Assembly: GCA_963823665.1 (NCBI GenBank)
Contig: CAWGMQ010000004.1
Span: 1,280,001-1,344,000 of the forward strand
Source of the DNA: an uncultured Planctomycetota bacterium
GTDB taxonomy: Bacteria > Planctomycetota > Planctomycetia > Isosphaerales > Isosphaeraceae
Direction of reading: 5' to 3'
DNA length: 64,000 nt
In this document: positions 1 through 10,148 of the stretch, one piece after another
Numbering within the stretch: the first letter of the stretch is position 1
Layout of the letters: each line of letters begins with the position of its first letter
The notes under the pieces: generated by a model
Databases searched by the model: none
What the model was told of the DNA's origin: nothing
What the model saw: the letters and a program-made list of their open reading frames with translations, nothing else
Translations under genes and position numbers: made by a program

Positions 1-656
1 AGCTCGATCAACTTTGCCGGAGGATCACTGATTCTTCCTGGAGCTGCGAGGCCGATTGCCGCAATCACTCCGGCGCGAACCGTCGCATCCCGATCGTCGA
101 GCATCCGAGTGAAAACCACGATGAGTCGATTCGGTTCGATCACGCCCGAGGAACTCTCGGGGATCGCGATCGAGCCCAGGGCAATCACGGCTGCTGATCG
201 AACGTCCGCCGCGGAATCGAGAGTCGCCTGGACCAACGCCTCGATCGCGGATTTGACCTCGGCGTCGTTGACCCCGCCGAGCGCAGACGCGCTGGCCAAT
301 GGCCAAAGCTGCTGCGCCGCCTCGACCCGGACGGAGCCATCGGCATCCTTCAAACAGGCAATGAGTGCCGGGATCGTGAGATGCCCATCATTCGCACCGT
401 GCCGAACGAGATCGTGGATCGCGTTGACTCGATCGGCGGGTCTCGCCGCGACTTGCAGCGTGCGAGCCGCGGCCATCGCCTCGCGATGTCCTTGATCGCC
501 GACCGACTTCCAGACCCCGAAGAGCACACCGCAACCGGCGACCGCGGCGATTGCGAACGGCAACCAAGACCTGAGACTGAACCTGGACGCCTTCCCAGGC
601 CTCAGATTGGAGCCGTCCGTGGTGCCAGACGATGCACTCTCGCCGCGCTCACTCAC
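1..656 (-). CDS. HEAT-repeat protein with N-terminal membrane anchor (partial, runs off window edge)
   Basis: Not in the ORF track because it has no stop inside the window. Manual translation from GTG at 656 gives MSERGESASS...WLPFAIAAVAGCGVLFGVW (TM helix), then HEAT-like units IPALIACLKDADGSVRVEAAQQL, EALVQATLDSAADVRSAAVIALG, RMLDDRDATVRAGVIAAIG. Confidence 0.8.
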   Translation of the reverse strand, partial: MSERGESASSGTTDGSNLRPGKASRFSLRSWLPFAIAAVAGCGVLFGVWKSVGDQGHREAMAAARTLQVAARPADRVNAIHDLVRHGANDGHLTIPALIACLKDADGSVRVEAAQQLWPLASASALGGVNDAEVKSAIEALVQATLDSAADVRSAAVIALGSIAIPESSSGVIEPNRLIVVFTRMLDDRDATVRAGVIAAIGLAAPGRISDPPAKLIE

Positions 657-788
657 CCGATCGGCTCCCGCCCACGGTTGAACTCAGGCTGAATACGTCG
701 CGATTGATCTTACCCATCGCAGCTTGCCAGCAGAGCCGCTTTTTTGCGAGATTCATGTATTCTTAACATACTCCGGGAAGGACCATTC

Positions 789-1448
789 ATGTCTGAGCTC
801 AGCAACTCGAGCGAGCGTTCAACCGTCAAGCGACTTCCGGCACGGGGCGTTTACGACCGGGCCGTCATCCATCAGATACTCGACGCCGGAATGGTCTGTC
901 ATCTGGGATTCGTGGTCGACGACCAGCCGTTCGTGATCCCGACCACCTACGTGCGGGTCGATGAAAGGGTCTACGTGCACGGGTCGCCGGCGAGCCGCAT
1001 GCTGCAAACGCTCGAGCGCGGAGTCGCCGCCTGCCTGACAGTCACGCTGGTTGACGGCCTTGTTCTTGCTCGCTCTGCCTTTCATCATTCCATTAATTAT
1101 CGCTCGGTTGTCGTCTTCGGGACGGCCACGCTCGTGGATGATCCCGACGAGAAATTTGCCGCGCTCCATGCCCTCACGGACCATTTGATTCCGGGACGAT
1201 GGCAAGAGATCCGGCAGCCAAGTGCGCAGGAGCTGAAGCGAACGCTCGTGCTCGGTCTGCGCATCGATGAAGCATCGGCCAAGATCCGCGTCGGCCCGCC
1301 GATCGACGAGGAGGAAGACTACGAGCTCGACGTGTGGGCCGGGGTTGTTCCGCTCAAACTGGCGGCTTCTGAGCCTGTGCCTGATCTCAGGTTGCCGGCC
1401 CGGATTTCGGCGCCTGGATATGCAGTGAATTACTCCGGGCCGCGATAA
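789..1448 (+). CDS. Pyridoxamine 5'-phosphate oxidase-like flavin-binding protein (NimA family)
   Basis: Motifs R-G-VYDRAVIHQILD, CHLGFVVDDQPFVIPT, VHGSPASRM, LVLARSAFHHSINYRSVV. ATG at 789 follows GGAAGGA. Confidence 0.9.
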   Translation: MSELSNSSERSTVKRLPARGVYDRAVIHQILDAGMVCHLGFVVDDQPFVIPTTYVRVDERVYVHGSPASRMLQTLERGVAACLTVTLVDGLVLARSAFHHSINYRSVVVFGTATLVDDPDEKFAALHALTDHLIPGRWQEIRQPSAQELKRTLVLGLRIDEASAKIRVGPPIDEEEDYELDVWAGVVPLKLAASEPVPDLRLPARISAPGYAVNYSGPR

Positions 1449-1746
1449 GAGAGTGATGAGCGACGCACGACCTCACTTCCTGTCCTTCCAGTGAGCTTCC
1501 CAACGCAGCCAAGGGCGATGGCGCGCGGAGCCGGTCAAGGACGGTAGCCAGCTTCTTACCCGTTTCCGTCAGGGCGTAGAAGGACTCGCGTCCCCCGGTA
1601 AACGAATGGCTGACGATCATCAACCCCTCCCGCGCGATCTCCCGGTAAGGCTCGCGGGTGGAATCATCGACAGGTATGCCACCCTGCCGCTCGGCGTGCT
1701 GGCGGAGCAGGGCCAGAGCGGCATCGGAGAGCGTGACCGTCGGCAT
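1387..1746 (-). CDS. Small hypothetical protein, possibly winged-helix-like
   Basis: ATG at 1746 preceded by GGAGGA. YREIAREGLMIV...YALTETGKKLA resembles a wHTH end. 3' end uncertain because it overlaps the convergent gene. Confidence 0.5.
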   Translation of the reverse strand: MPTVTLSDAALALLRQHAERQGGIPVDDSTREPYREIAREGLMIVSHSFTGGRESFYALTETGKKLATVLDRLRAPSPLAALGSSLEGQEVRSCVAHHSLIAARSNSLHIQAPKSGPAT

Positions 1747-1848
1747 GGGCTCCTCCTGGCGCATCGTACCGCAGGGCCGAATTGTCGGGAAGACCGATCA
1801 GATGGCGCCCGGAAGCATCAACAACCCGCGGTAATCCGAGTGACTTGG

Positions 1849-2811
1849 TTATGCCTTGCTCAAAGCGGGGCTTTCGGCCTCGATCAAGCTGCGCATGAAT
1901 TCGGCGGCCAGCTTGGCGTTGTGATCGGCGTATTCGATACCGACGGTCTGGCCATTCTCCACCGGCAACTGATGGCACAGCTCGTAGCCGATATAGCCGT
2001 CGTAGTCGATCTCGTTCATGGAGCGCACGAAGTCGCGGTAGTAGCGCTCGGTGTCTTCACCCACGACGCCGTCGTTGCGCTCGAAGCCGCGGATGGAGCC
2101 ATCCGGCCGCCGCTCGAATTCGCCACCGAAGTGCGACAGCACCTGAAGCTTGCCGACCGCGTGTGCACCCTCGCGGATACCTTTTGTGCTGCGATCCGGC
2201 ATCAAGGGCGCATCGAGGCAGAGCTGCAAATGAGGCGATCCGACTTCTTTGGCCATTCGCAGAATATCGTGGTGATCCTTGATTAAAGGCTTGTGGTTCT
2301 GAAGCGCCAGCGTGACTCCCGCATCGCCGGCGTAACGGGCGCATTCAATCAAGGCCTCCCGGCACCAGCCCCACATTTCCTCGGTCGAGAACTTTTCGTG
2401 CACGATCGGCCAGTAGCCTTCGGCGATGTCGTATGTCGCAAGCTGGGGGTGGCGTGTGATGCCCCACCAAGCGAGGAAGACCCGCAGGTTGGGTGCTCCC
2501 AGGTCGGCGGTCATGCGAATCAGCTCGCGCATGTAGCAGATCTGGGCTTCGCGAACCTCGGGCACCGGGTTAGAGAAGTCGTTGTTGGCGGCCACGGCGT
2601 AGATGTCGATGCCCTCGCCCTCGGCATGCGCCCGCAGCTCGCGGCACTTCGCCGGTGGCCAGTCAAGCGGGTTGCCGTGCGGGCGCTTGCCGTCGATTTC
2701 GATTCCGTCGTAGCCAAATTCCCTGGCCCGGGAAATCATCTGGGGCAGGGTGAGGGCTTCACCGCGATACCAGAGGCCCAGGTACGTGATGCTGTAGAGG
2801 CCAATTTTCAT
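1849..2811 (-). CDS. Sugar phosphate isomerase/epimerase (xylose isomerase-like TIM barrel)
   Basis: GYDGIEIDG, LGAPNLRVF, GVTLALQNH, LCLDAP, YDGYIGYE motifs. RBS GAGGAG upstream. Confidence 0.85.
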   Translation of the reverse strand: MKIGLYSITYLGLWYRGEALTLPQMISRAREFGYDGIEIDGKRPHGNPLDWPPAKCRELRAHAEGEGIDIYAVAANNDFSNPVPEVREAQICYMRELIRMTADLGAPNLRVFLAWWGITRHPQLATYDIAEGYWPIVHEKFSTEEMWGWCREALIECARYAGDAGVTLALQNHKPLIKDHHDILRMAKEVGSPHLQLCLDAPLMPDRSTKGIREGAHAVGKLQVLSHFGGEFERRPDGSIRGFERNDGVVGEDTERYYRDFVRSMNEIDYDGYIGYELCHQLPVENGQTVGIEYADHNAKLAAEFMRSLIEAESPALSKA

Positions 2812-2877
2812 GGGGGTACTCCTCTTGAGGATAAGGCCGGGATTAACTTTCCGATTTTGAGATCAAGCCCGAAAACC

Positions 2878-2968
2878 CTCGTTCCCAAGCTCTGCGTGGG
2901 AACGTCCGTTGTGCCGCTTCGCGGTGCGCTTAGCGTCGGGAGAATTGTCAGGCTAAAGCCTGACCTAC
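2878..2968. repeat. Two REP-like palindromes
   Basis: CGTTCCCA-agctctgcg-TGGGAACG at 2880-2904. GTCAGGCTAAAGCCTGACCTAC at 2947-2968 reads GTAG + hairpin on the minus strand and matches copies at 57396 and 57443. The second element supplies the stop codon of the ThuA gene. Confidence 0.7.
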
Positions 2969-4388
2969 TTTTGATGCGTGCCGCTCGCCGCCCAGGTGAT
3001 CGCGTTGTGGACGAGTGTGCGATACGAAGAATTGCCGAACGCGGTGGGGCCGTGGCCGAGCTGGATCGCGACGACCCGATATCGCTCGTCGGGGCCGATC
3101 CAGGCGAGATTTGTGTCGCTCGCCGGATTGTCCGTCAAGAGAAGCGGACGCACTCCTTGTGCAAACTTCATATTCTTGTACGTTTCATCCTCAATGTGAA
3201 AGGGAGCGATTCCCGAGGTGATCGGGTGCTCTTGCGCAGACTGACGGAAATCTGCTGATTGTTCTTCACGGTCGACGAGGAACGATTGCCTTCGCGGCTG
3301 AGGCGATAGCTACCGCCGACGGCCTGGTCGGTCCACCACTGCCAGTTCTGGTAGTCGAGCAGCGCGTGATGAAGAACGACGACTCCGCCGCCGCTCTCGA
3401 CGAAGTCGCGGAGATTCTTGCGGGAGGCTTCGTCCATGTCGCGAGTGAAATCGTACATGACGACGACGTCGTACTTGCCGCGCAAGTCGGACTTGAACGC
3501 GGCGGCGCTGGTCGTGACCGGCAGTGATCGCAGGTCTTTGCATCCATCAAAGATGGTGTAAAACGAAGCCTCGTGATCGTGGCCGCCGGTGATCAGCAAG
3601 CCTCTTACTGATCGGGATGACGCGCGGGAAGCCGTCGCATTCAACTCTTTGATGTAGATGTTCTTGAACTGGACGAGGCTGGGCGGGCCGGTCCAGGTGC
3701 CGTCTTTGTTCTTGCTGCCGTGGTGCTGGAGCGCGATGCGGCCGGCGTCGGGCAGGTCGGGAACGGTCGCCCCGGCGATGACGGTCTTGCCGTTCAAGCC
3801 GACGCGGATGGTCTTGCCTTTGACGGTGATCTCGAAGTGATTCCACTGCCCGACGGGGTTATCGGCCTGAGTGCTGGGCGTGGCGGCGGCACGGAGCTCC
3901 GGCGAACTTTTCTTGTCCATGCGGATGCTGTACAGCTCGCCCGAGCCGATCGGCCAGCACCAGATGTTGGCCTGGAACCGGCCGTCGCCACGCAGATACA
4001 CACCGGAATCGGCATCCGGCAGAGCAAGTTTCAGTTCCTTGCCGTCGATATCCCTGGCATGGGTGCCGTCGGGCAGGATGTAGGGGACGTTCTTGTTGAT
4101 GAAGGGCGCTTCCTTCAGCCGCCAATCGACCTGGAGGATAAAATCGCGATAATCAACCTCGCTCCAGAGCGCCTTGTCTCCGGAAGCCAGGCTGCCGGCA
4201 TCGTAGTCGATGACCCCGTCCAAGACCTTCCAGTGCCCGCCGTCGCCCTCCGGTATTTTCCAGCCGGTCAAATCTTTTCCGTTGAAGAGCGACGTGAAAT
4301 CCGCGGGTGCGGTGTTGTCGTCTGCCCACGCTGCTGCTGGGTGCAACGAGGCCAGGACGGACGCGATGAGTAGCCGTTTGATTCGCAT
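2965..4388 (-). CDS. Secreted DUF1080 (3-keto-disaccharide hydrolase-like) + ThuA-like domain protein, one frameshift near 3235
   Basis: Signal peptide MRIKRLLIASVLASLHPAAAWA. SLFNGKDLTGW, DSGVYLR, GQWNHFEI and GRIALQHHG indicate DUF1080. LLITGGHDH and FVESGGGVVVLHHA indicate ThuA, which continues in ORF 2965..3171 (QLGHGPTAF...NAITWA). Confidence 0.85.
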
Positions 4389-4411
4389 ATTCTTGCTCGC
4401 GGTTGTCAGAT

Positions 4412-6463
4412 TTATGGAGGAGGAAGATCGAGTGCGGGATTGGCGCTGAAGAATCCGTCGGGCCGAAGGAGGAAGCCGACCGAGCTGACCGGCATGACCG
4501 GCCAATCCTCGATGCGCGGAATGTGCGTCTGGCCGAACGTGTACCAGAGAACCACGTCCGTGCCGGCCACGTTCCGGTCGCGTTTTGTCCACCGCGGGAG
4601 GCCGTCGCCGCCCGTGCTCTGGTTGGGATAATCGCCCGTCGGGTAACGTTCGCCCGGATCATACGGCGTGACCCATAGGTTCCGGGTCAAGAAGCCCGCG
4701 CGGGCAAGGATCGCGGCCTCTGGCTGTGCGAACGGCAGAACATTCTCACCCGGAACCAGGCGATAGCCGACCGGTGCGTTCAGCTCGTTCTTTCGCGATT
4801 CGTTCACGATGCGCCAGAAGCGGGACGAAGGCGGATTCGTGTTGCGCTGGGCGGCGGCCTCGGTGCGCAATGGGGTGGCCTGCGCGTAGAACGCATTGCC
4901 GTGCGGGTTTTCCGAGCCGGCAGGAACGCTTACGGTGTTCACCTCGAGCGCCGTGTTTTCCTCGCCGTCGATATCCAGGTCGAGGCGCGCGCCGAAGAAG
5001 TGTTGATGATTGGGAGCCATCAAACGCGGCGCGACCTCGGTTCCGTACCGCGGCGACTCGCCGGGTTTGAGCGTCATGGTGTTCATGATGCCGGTGAGCT
5101 TGACCTCGAGCTGGATCGTGCCGTCCTGATAGAAATACCAGTAGAAGCCGTAGTCGTAGTTACCCACGGTGGCGATCATCGAGACCGCCAGCCGCCGGGC
5201 ACGGCGCGCTTCGGACTGGCTTGTGCGCCAGTCCGTGTGCTTCCAGAGGATACCGAAATCTTCTTCGTGCAAGCAAACGGCATTCTTGATCGTGACGACT
5301 CGCCCCTTGCCATCGGTCATGTGTCCGTCGAAGTACTGGATCGTTCCCAGGCAGTCGCATCCCAGCGCGAGCGAGTTCGCCATCATGCCGACGCCATATT
5401 CCCCCAGGTCGAACGCGTTCTTGCGGTACGACGATTCTCGCGGATCGGCATAGGGCACGATCATCTCGGCGATCGATCCGCGGTACATGAGCGGGCGGTT
5501 GTCGTACGCGACCGTGTGGAGCACCAGGCCCTCGCGGGGATTGAATCCGACGCGCAGAGTCCACTTCTGCCAGCGCACTTCGTGGCCGGCCACGGTGAAG
5601 CTCGGTCCCTGGGATTGCGTCACGTCGAGCGGCTTCAAGCCGGCCCTTGGTTTGGGAAACGCCGTGCGGACCCAGTTGCCGGGCTTGGGAGGCAGGGGAA
5701 CGACGCCAAAGTCCTCAACCCGGACGACTTCCTTCCGGTTCAAATCGATGATCGTGACGAGCCCCTCGATCGGACGGGCATAACCGTTATCCAGCGGGTC
5801 TGACCGAACCCAGGAGAGTGCGCGGACAAGTCTCTTGCCCAGGTCCTCGGCCGGCTCGTTTCCGTAATGGCCGGCCGACCAGGCATCGACCATGACGAGA
5901 CTTGGGTCCGTGATTCCGCGCTTCTTGAGTGCTTCCAGAAACGGAGGCGATTTGCGGGCGGCCTCTTCGCATTCCACGAACTCGTCGAGCGTGATCGACG
6001 GCTGCACGCCCGGGGGAAGCGCGTCGAACCGCGTGACGGACTGCCTGGCGAAATTCACCACAGCCTCGTATCCCCGGCCTGTTCCATTGTCGAGCAAGAC
6101 CATGAAGACCTCGCGGGGAATCAGGCCGCTGGCCTCGGGATGAAGAACGGCCGCCTTGGCGGGCTCGTTGAGCGTGACGGTGACAAAACGAACGCTGTCT
6201 GCAAGCTTCTTCTCGCGCCGGACGATGTCGACGGCGAGCCGGATCTCGTCGGGCTCGAGCGGGTCGAGAGGATGGCGCACCTGGGATTCGGGCGAACTTG
6301 CCTGCTTGGCGAGCGCCGTTTTTTCCGAGGCGCCGGACGGCCGAGGATCCTGCGGCGGCGCTTGCGCGGGCGATCGCCCCGGCGCGAGCGTGAGGCTCAC
6401 CACGGCCAGCAGCATTCCCTCGATCGCGAATCGGACCTTCGGTCTTCTCGTCGGCACGGTCAT
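4412..6463 (-). CDS. tynA: Copper-containing primary amine oxidase, probably exported
   Basis: HPLDPL N-terminus, KNAFDLGEYG, LGCDCLG, TPQ motif TVGNYDY, copper ligands HQH, PRIEDWPVMP. Signal-like N-terminus. Confidence 0.92.
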   Translation of the reverse strand: MTVPTRRPKVRFAIEGMLLAVVSLTLAPGRSPAQAPPQDPRPSGASEKTALAKQASSPESQVRHPLDPLEPDEIRLAVDIVRREKKLADSVRFVTVTLNEPAKAAVLHPEASGLIPREVFMVLLDNGTGRGYEAVVNFARQSVTRFDALPPGVQPSITLDEFVECEEAARKSPPFLEALKKRGITDPSLVMVDAWSAGHYGNEPAEDLGKRLVRALSWVRSDPLDNGYARPIEGLVTIIDLNRKEVVRVEDFGVVPLPPKPGNWVRTAFPKPRAGLKPLDVTQSQGPSFTVAGHEVRWQKWTLRVGFNPREGLVLHTVAYDNRPLMYRGSIAEMIVPYADPRESSYRKNAFDLGEYGVGMMANSLALGCDCLGTIQYFDGHMTDGKGRVVTIKNAVCLHEEDFGILWKHTDWRTSQSEARRARRLAVSMIATVGNYDYGFYWYFYQDGTIQLEVKLTGIMNTMTLKPGESPRYGTEVAPRLMAPNHQHFFGARLDLDIDGEENTALEVNTVSVPAGSENPHGNAFYAQATPLRTEAAAQRNTNPPSSRFWRIVNESRKNELNAPVGYRLVPGENVLPFAQPEAAILARAGFLTRNLWVTPYDPGERYPTGDYPNQSTGGDGLPRWTKRDRNVAGTDVVLWYTFGQTHIPRIEDWPVMPVSSVGFLLRPDGFFSANPALDLPPP

Positions 6464-6525
6464 TATCCTCCCCGGACTTGTACGCCGGCGATTGCCGACG
6501 AGTGGAGCAAGCTGGCCTGACATGG

Positions 6526-8190
6526 CTATTGTGCTTCCGCGGCCGGATTTGTGCCAGGGCCGAGATCGCCGGATCGATGCCGCCACGGAGTTGCAGTGTT
6601 GTGCTGAGCGGCTGGCTCGGTCCCAGTCACCGCCGTCTTGTGGATTGCCGTCCTCACGAGCCGACCGCTGGGTTTAGCGTTCGGGAGACGACTGAACTGC
6701 ATTGTGCCGTCGTCCAGGGCGCTGAACCTGAGGTCGAGCATATCCAGGGCGTAGTTCTGATGAAACTTCCACGGTTTTTTCGACCCCTGCTTCGGAAGAA
6801 GCTCGATTCCCCTGCGGATGTAGCCGGAATTCAGGTTGATCGCCGGCTTTTCCACGATGGCTGGCTCAATTCCAACCGGTGTGGCGCAATCATAACCGTG
6901 CGTACTCATGTGCTTGAGAAGCCGGCAGATATATTCGGCCACGAGGTTGCACTTGAGCGTCCACGACGCGTTGCTGTATCCCAGGGTGAAGGAGAAGTTC
7001 GGGACGCCGCGAATCATCATTCCTTTGTAGCTGATCCTTCCCGTCAGATCGATCGGAGTGCCGTCGAGCGAAATCTCGATGCCGCCAAGACGCTTCAACT
7101 TGAGTCCAGTGGCCGTGACGACGATATCCGCTTGCAGCACATCGCCTGACTTGAGCCGTACTCCTTCTTCGGTAAACGTCTCGATTTCGTCCGTGACGAC
7201 CGACACCTTGCCCGCCCGGATGGCGACAAACAAGTCGCCGTCGGGAACCAGGCAAACGCGCTGGTCCCACGGGTTGTAACGGGGCGAGAAGTGCTTTTCG
7301 ACGTCGTAATCGGGGCCGAGTTGTTCGCGCACGAGGCGCAGGATCTCTTGTTTGACCCGCTCGGGCTTCCGCCGCGCGAGGTTATAGAAGTACATCCCCA
7401 GGAGCACGTTCTTCCAGCGGATGAGCCGGAGTGCGAGCCGTTCCGGCAGCAATCGGCGGAGCCAGTCGGCAGCCCGATCGTCCGACGGGCGTGCGACGAT
7501 GTAAGTCGGCGAGCGCTGCAGCATGGTCACGTGTGCGGCGGTCGTTGCCAATGCCGGCACGAGTGTCACCGCTGTCGCGCCACTGCCGATCACGACAATT
7601 CGCTTGCCTTCGTAGTCGAGATCCTCCGGCCAGCTCTGCGGGTGCACGGTGCGGCCCCGGAACCGCTCCATGCCCGGCCAGCCGGGCATATAGCCCTCGG
7701 CGTAGTCAAAGTAGCCGCTGCACATGCAAAGGAAATTGCAGGCGAACTGGACGGCCTTCCCTTCGGGACCCGTCGCGTCAACAGTCCAGCTTGCATCACG
7801 CGACGACCATGACGCTTGCGTGACCTGATGCCCAAACCGGATCTTCTGGTTAATGCCAAAGACCTGGGCCGTTTCCGCGATGTATTCGCGGATGCTGGAA
7901 CCGTCGGCGATCGCCTTTCTGTCGCGCCAGGGACGAAACTTGTACCCGAGCGTGTGCATTTCGGAATCGGAACGAACCCCCGGGTAGCGGAATAAGTCCC
8001 AGGTTCCGCCGATCGCGCTTCGGCCGTCCAGAATTGCGTAGGTTTTGGCCGGACATTTCGTCTGGAGGTGATAGGCCGAGCAGATTCCGGAAAGCCCTGC
8101 GCCGACGATGAGCACGTCGAAGTGTTCCACGTGTCCCGGATCTCCGACATGCGGCGGAGCGTTGGGAGCAGCTTCCGCCCCGTCGGCCAT
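6526..8190 (-). CDS. FAD-dependent Baeyer-Villiger-type monooxygenase (EthA-like)
   Basis: GAGLSG and GSGATA Rossmann motifs, GGTWDLFRYPGVRSDS, fingerprint FRGRTVHPQSW, PRYNPWDQRVC, ATGL. True stop may be earlier. Confidence 0.9.
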   Translation of the reverse strand: MADGAEAAPNAPPHVGDPGHVEHFDVLIVGAGLSGICSAYHLQTKCPAKTYAILDGRSAIGGTWDLFRYPGVRSDSEMHTLGYKFRPWRDRKAIADGSSIREYIAETAQVFGINQKIRFGHQVTQASWSSRDASWTVDATGPEGKAVQFACNFLCMCSGYFDYAEGYMPGWPGMERFRGRTVHPQSWPEDLDYEGKRIVVIGSGATAVTLVPALATTAAHVTMLQRSPTYIVARPSDDRAADWLRRLLPERLALRLIRWKNVLLGMYFYNLARRKPERVKQEILRLVREQLGPDYDVEKHFSPRYNPWDQRVCLVPDGDLFVAIRAGKVSVVTDEIETFTEEGVRLKSGDVLQADIVVTATGLKLKRLGGIEISLDGTPIDLTGRISYKGMMIRGVPNFSFTLGYSNASWTLKCNLVAEYICRLLKHMSTHGYDCATPVGIEPAIVEKPAINLNSGYIRRGIELLPKQGSKKPWKFHQNYALDMLDLRFSALDDGTMQFSRLPNAKPSGRLVRTAIHKTAVTGTEPAAQHNTATPWRHRSGDLGPGTNPAAEAQ

Positions 8191-8379
8191 CTGCGCGACC
8201 TTTCGTAAGAGGATACATCTCCTGGCAAATCGCCCGCGGCCGGCTTATGATGCCGCGGATGCCCGGTTGATCGTGTTCATCAAAGCTTAGACGGAACGCG
8301 AAGGCAAGAAGGATTGAGAGATTCTCGGCGACGAGCGGCTCAGGAGGCGGCGGTGTGATCGGTCTTTGTTTTCCTTCTC

Positions 8380-8418
8380 GTTCTTCGGCGGCCGGTCCGC
8401 TGAGCTTGGCTGCTTACC
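8380..8418 (+). other. Degenerate right half of an attC-like site
   Basis: GCGGCCGGTCCGCTGAGCTTGGCTGCTTACC resembles the ...GCTGAGCTTGGTCGTTAG end of the attC-like site at 10779-10906. Lies just upstream of the first cassette-like gene. Confidence 0.4.
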
Positions 8419-8450
8419 ACCCCTGCGGAGGACTTGCCTTCGCCAAGTCG

Positions 8451-8861
8451 CTTGATGAAACCTTGCGGGACGATCTCGGCCGAGCAGGCGTCGAGTGGGA
8501 TCGGCTGTCCGATCCGGAGCGGGCCGAGGCAGAAGCCGCCTGGCGTCGAGTGTATGGCCGCGTGTTTCGGGGCCGGCCCCGGTTCCTACACGGGGCAAAG
8601 GCCGAAAACGAGTATCGGTGCCAGGCGTGCGACCACTACGTGATCGTCCCGTTCTCGGCCGGGGTTCCCGGACTGCCCGTGCACGTATACCGCCTGGCGA
8701 TCGCAGCCTATGAGTGCCGTGGCCCACTGGCGGCGCTCGGGTCGTTCTGCGACGCTGAATTCTTCATCAGCCCTCCGGACCTGGCGTGGTCGATGATCCA
8801 TACGCACGAGGACCACGCCCTCGGCGGGCCGTACTTCATCCGGGCCGATTGGATTCCGTGA
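8451..8861 (+). CDS. Hypothetical protein (cassette-like gene, start uncertain)
   Basis: Protein-like ORF (DETLRDDLGRAG...EFFISPPDLAWSMIHTHEDHALGGPYFIRADWIP) between attC-like remnants. Confidence 0.6.
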   Translation, partial: LDETLRDDLGRAGVEWDRLSDPERAEAEAAWRRVYGRVFRGRPRFLHGAKAENEYRCQACDHYVIVPFSAGVPGLPVHVYRLAIAAYECRGPLAALGSFCDAEFFISPPDLAWSMIHTHEDHALGGPYFIRADWIP

Positions 8862-8903
8862 GGAAGCGGCTATCACAGTTATGCAACGTCAATCCCTGCG
8901 CAG

Positions 8904-9645
8904 ATGAGGAGCAACGTGACAGCGGAACCCTTCCTTCGCTACCTGGAGCTGGTGCGTGACAGGGTTCCGGATTGGAAGGTGTACCCGTTCAACATTCCGG
9001 CAATCGCTCAGCTTGAGCGGTTGGAGTTTGGCCCTGCGGTTACCTTCCTCGTTGGTGAGAACGGGTCGGGGAAGTCGACTCTCATCGAGGCGATTGCCAT
9101 CCTGGCCGGTTTTAATGCGGAGGGTGGGACGAAAAACTTCGGCGGAGCGCACCGGCCGAGCGAATCCCCTCTGCAGGATTACATCCGCCTCGCGCGGAGT
9201 GCCCGTCACGAGAAATCTGGCTTCTTCCTGCGCGGAAACGATGTTCAACGTGTCGACCGAAGCCGAGCAGTATCGAGTGTACGGCTGGGCCGAGCTTCAC
9301 GAGATGTCCCACGGAGAGGCGTTCCTTTGGGTTGCTGTCAACAAGTTCCGCGACGGCGGCCTCTTCGTTCTCGACGAGCCAGAAGCCGCCCTGTCTCCGC
9401 AACGTCAGCTCGCTCTTTTGGTTCGCATACACCAGCTCGTGCAGGGTGGCAGCCAGCTCATCGTTTCGACACATTCGCCGATCCTGCTTGCCTACCCGAA
9501 CTCGACCATCTTTCTCCTCGATCAGGCGGGAATTCACCGAACGCGATACGAAGACACTGAGCATTACGCGGTGACCAGGGCCTTCCTTCAGGATCCGGCC
9601 GGCAGAATCCAGAAGCTCTTCGCCAGGATCGAAGACGAGACGTGA
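8904..9645 (+). CDS. Stand-alone ABC/AAA-type ATPase (COG3910-like), frameshift near 9235
   Basis: YPFNIPAI, Walker A GENGSGKST, GFNAEGG in frame 1. AETMFNV, LHEMSHGEAF, Walker B LFVLDEPEAALSPQRQ and STHSPILLAYP in frame 2. Confidence 0.88.
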
Positions 9646-9652
9646 TGATGCT

Positions 9653-9711
9653 ATCCAGCATTCGGTTCCAGCGGGCCCATTGCGCGGGCCGCGGAGTTTT
9701 AAACACTAGCC
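9653..9711 (+). other. Degenerate 59-bp attC-like site
   Basis: ATCCAGC (RYYYAAC with 1 mismatch)-ATTCG-GTTCCAGCGGGCCC...GGGCCGCGGAGT-TTTAAAC-ACTAGCC (decayed GTTRRRY). Imperfect palindrome of classic 59-base-element length between two co-oriented genes. Confidence 0.55.
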
Positions 9712-9735
9712 GCTTCAAGGTCGTTGCTCGTCCCG

Positions 9736-10017
9736 ATGTTACCATACACCATCGATGATCCCATCACCGATCCCGTATCAGCCATCGTCGAGGTGACCGT
9801 CGACTTCGGAGGTGGTAACAAGGGCTGGTGCTTCTTCGCTACGCCGGAGGCGCTGGCCGTGTGCGGCGACTTGCTCGAGGGCACGCGAGTCCGGGTACAC
9901 CTCGGGGTGCCCCACATCATCATCGTCAGCGAATTGAGCGCCGGCATCATCGACGACGTCCTGAATCAGTTGTATGATCGGGGCGAATTGGAGGTGCACA
10001 CGGCACCGCTGTCGTAG
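9736..10017 (+). CDS. Small hypothetical protein (cassette-like gene)
   Basis: 93-aa ORF (VEVTVDFGGGNKGWCFFATP...) flanked by attC-like sites. Confidence 0.65.
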   Translation: MLPYTIDDPITDPVSAIVEVTVDFGGGNKGWCFFATPEALAVCGDLLEGTRVRVHLGVPHIIIVSELSAGIIDDVLNQLYDRGELEVHTAPLS

Positions 10018-10026
10018 GCGGCTGGC

Positions 10027-10127
10027 GCCTGGTAATGCGATCCAGCGGACCCCGCTGAGTAGCATTGGGGCTGCGGCCAACGTCTACCGACGCATAGCAG
10101 GCGACCCGCTTCACCCGGTCGTCAGGC
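10027..10127 (+). other. Degenerate attC-like site
   Basis: GCCTGGTAATGCGATCCAGCGGACC ... GACCCGCTTCACCCGGTCGTCAGGC. Ends GCCTG/CAGGC are complementary and inner boxes partly so. 101 bp. Confidence 0.5.
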
Positions 10128-10148
10128 ATACCAACCACTTGGCGAGAC

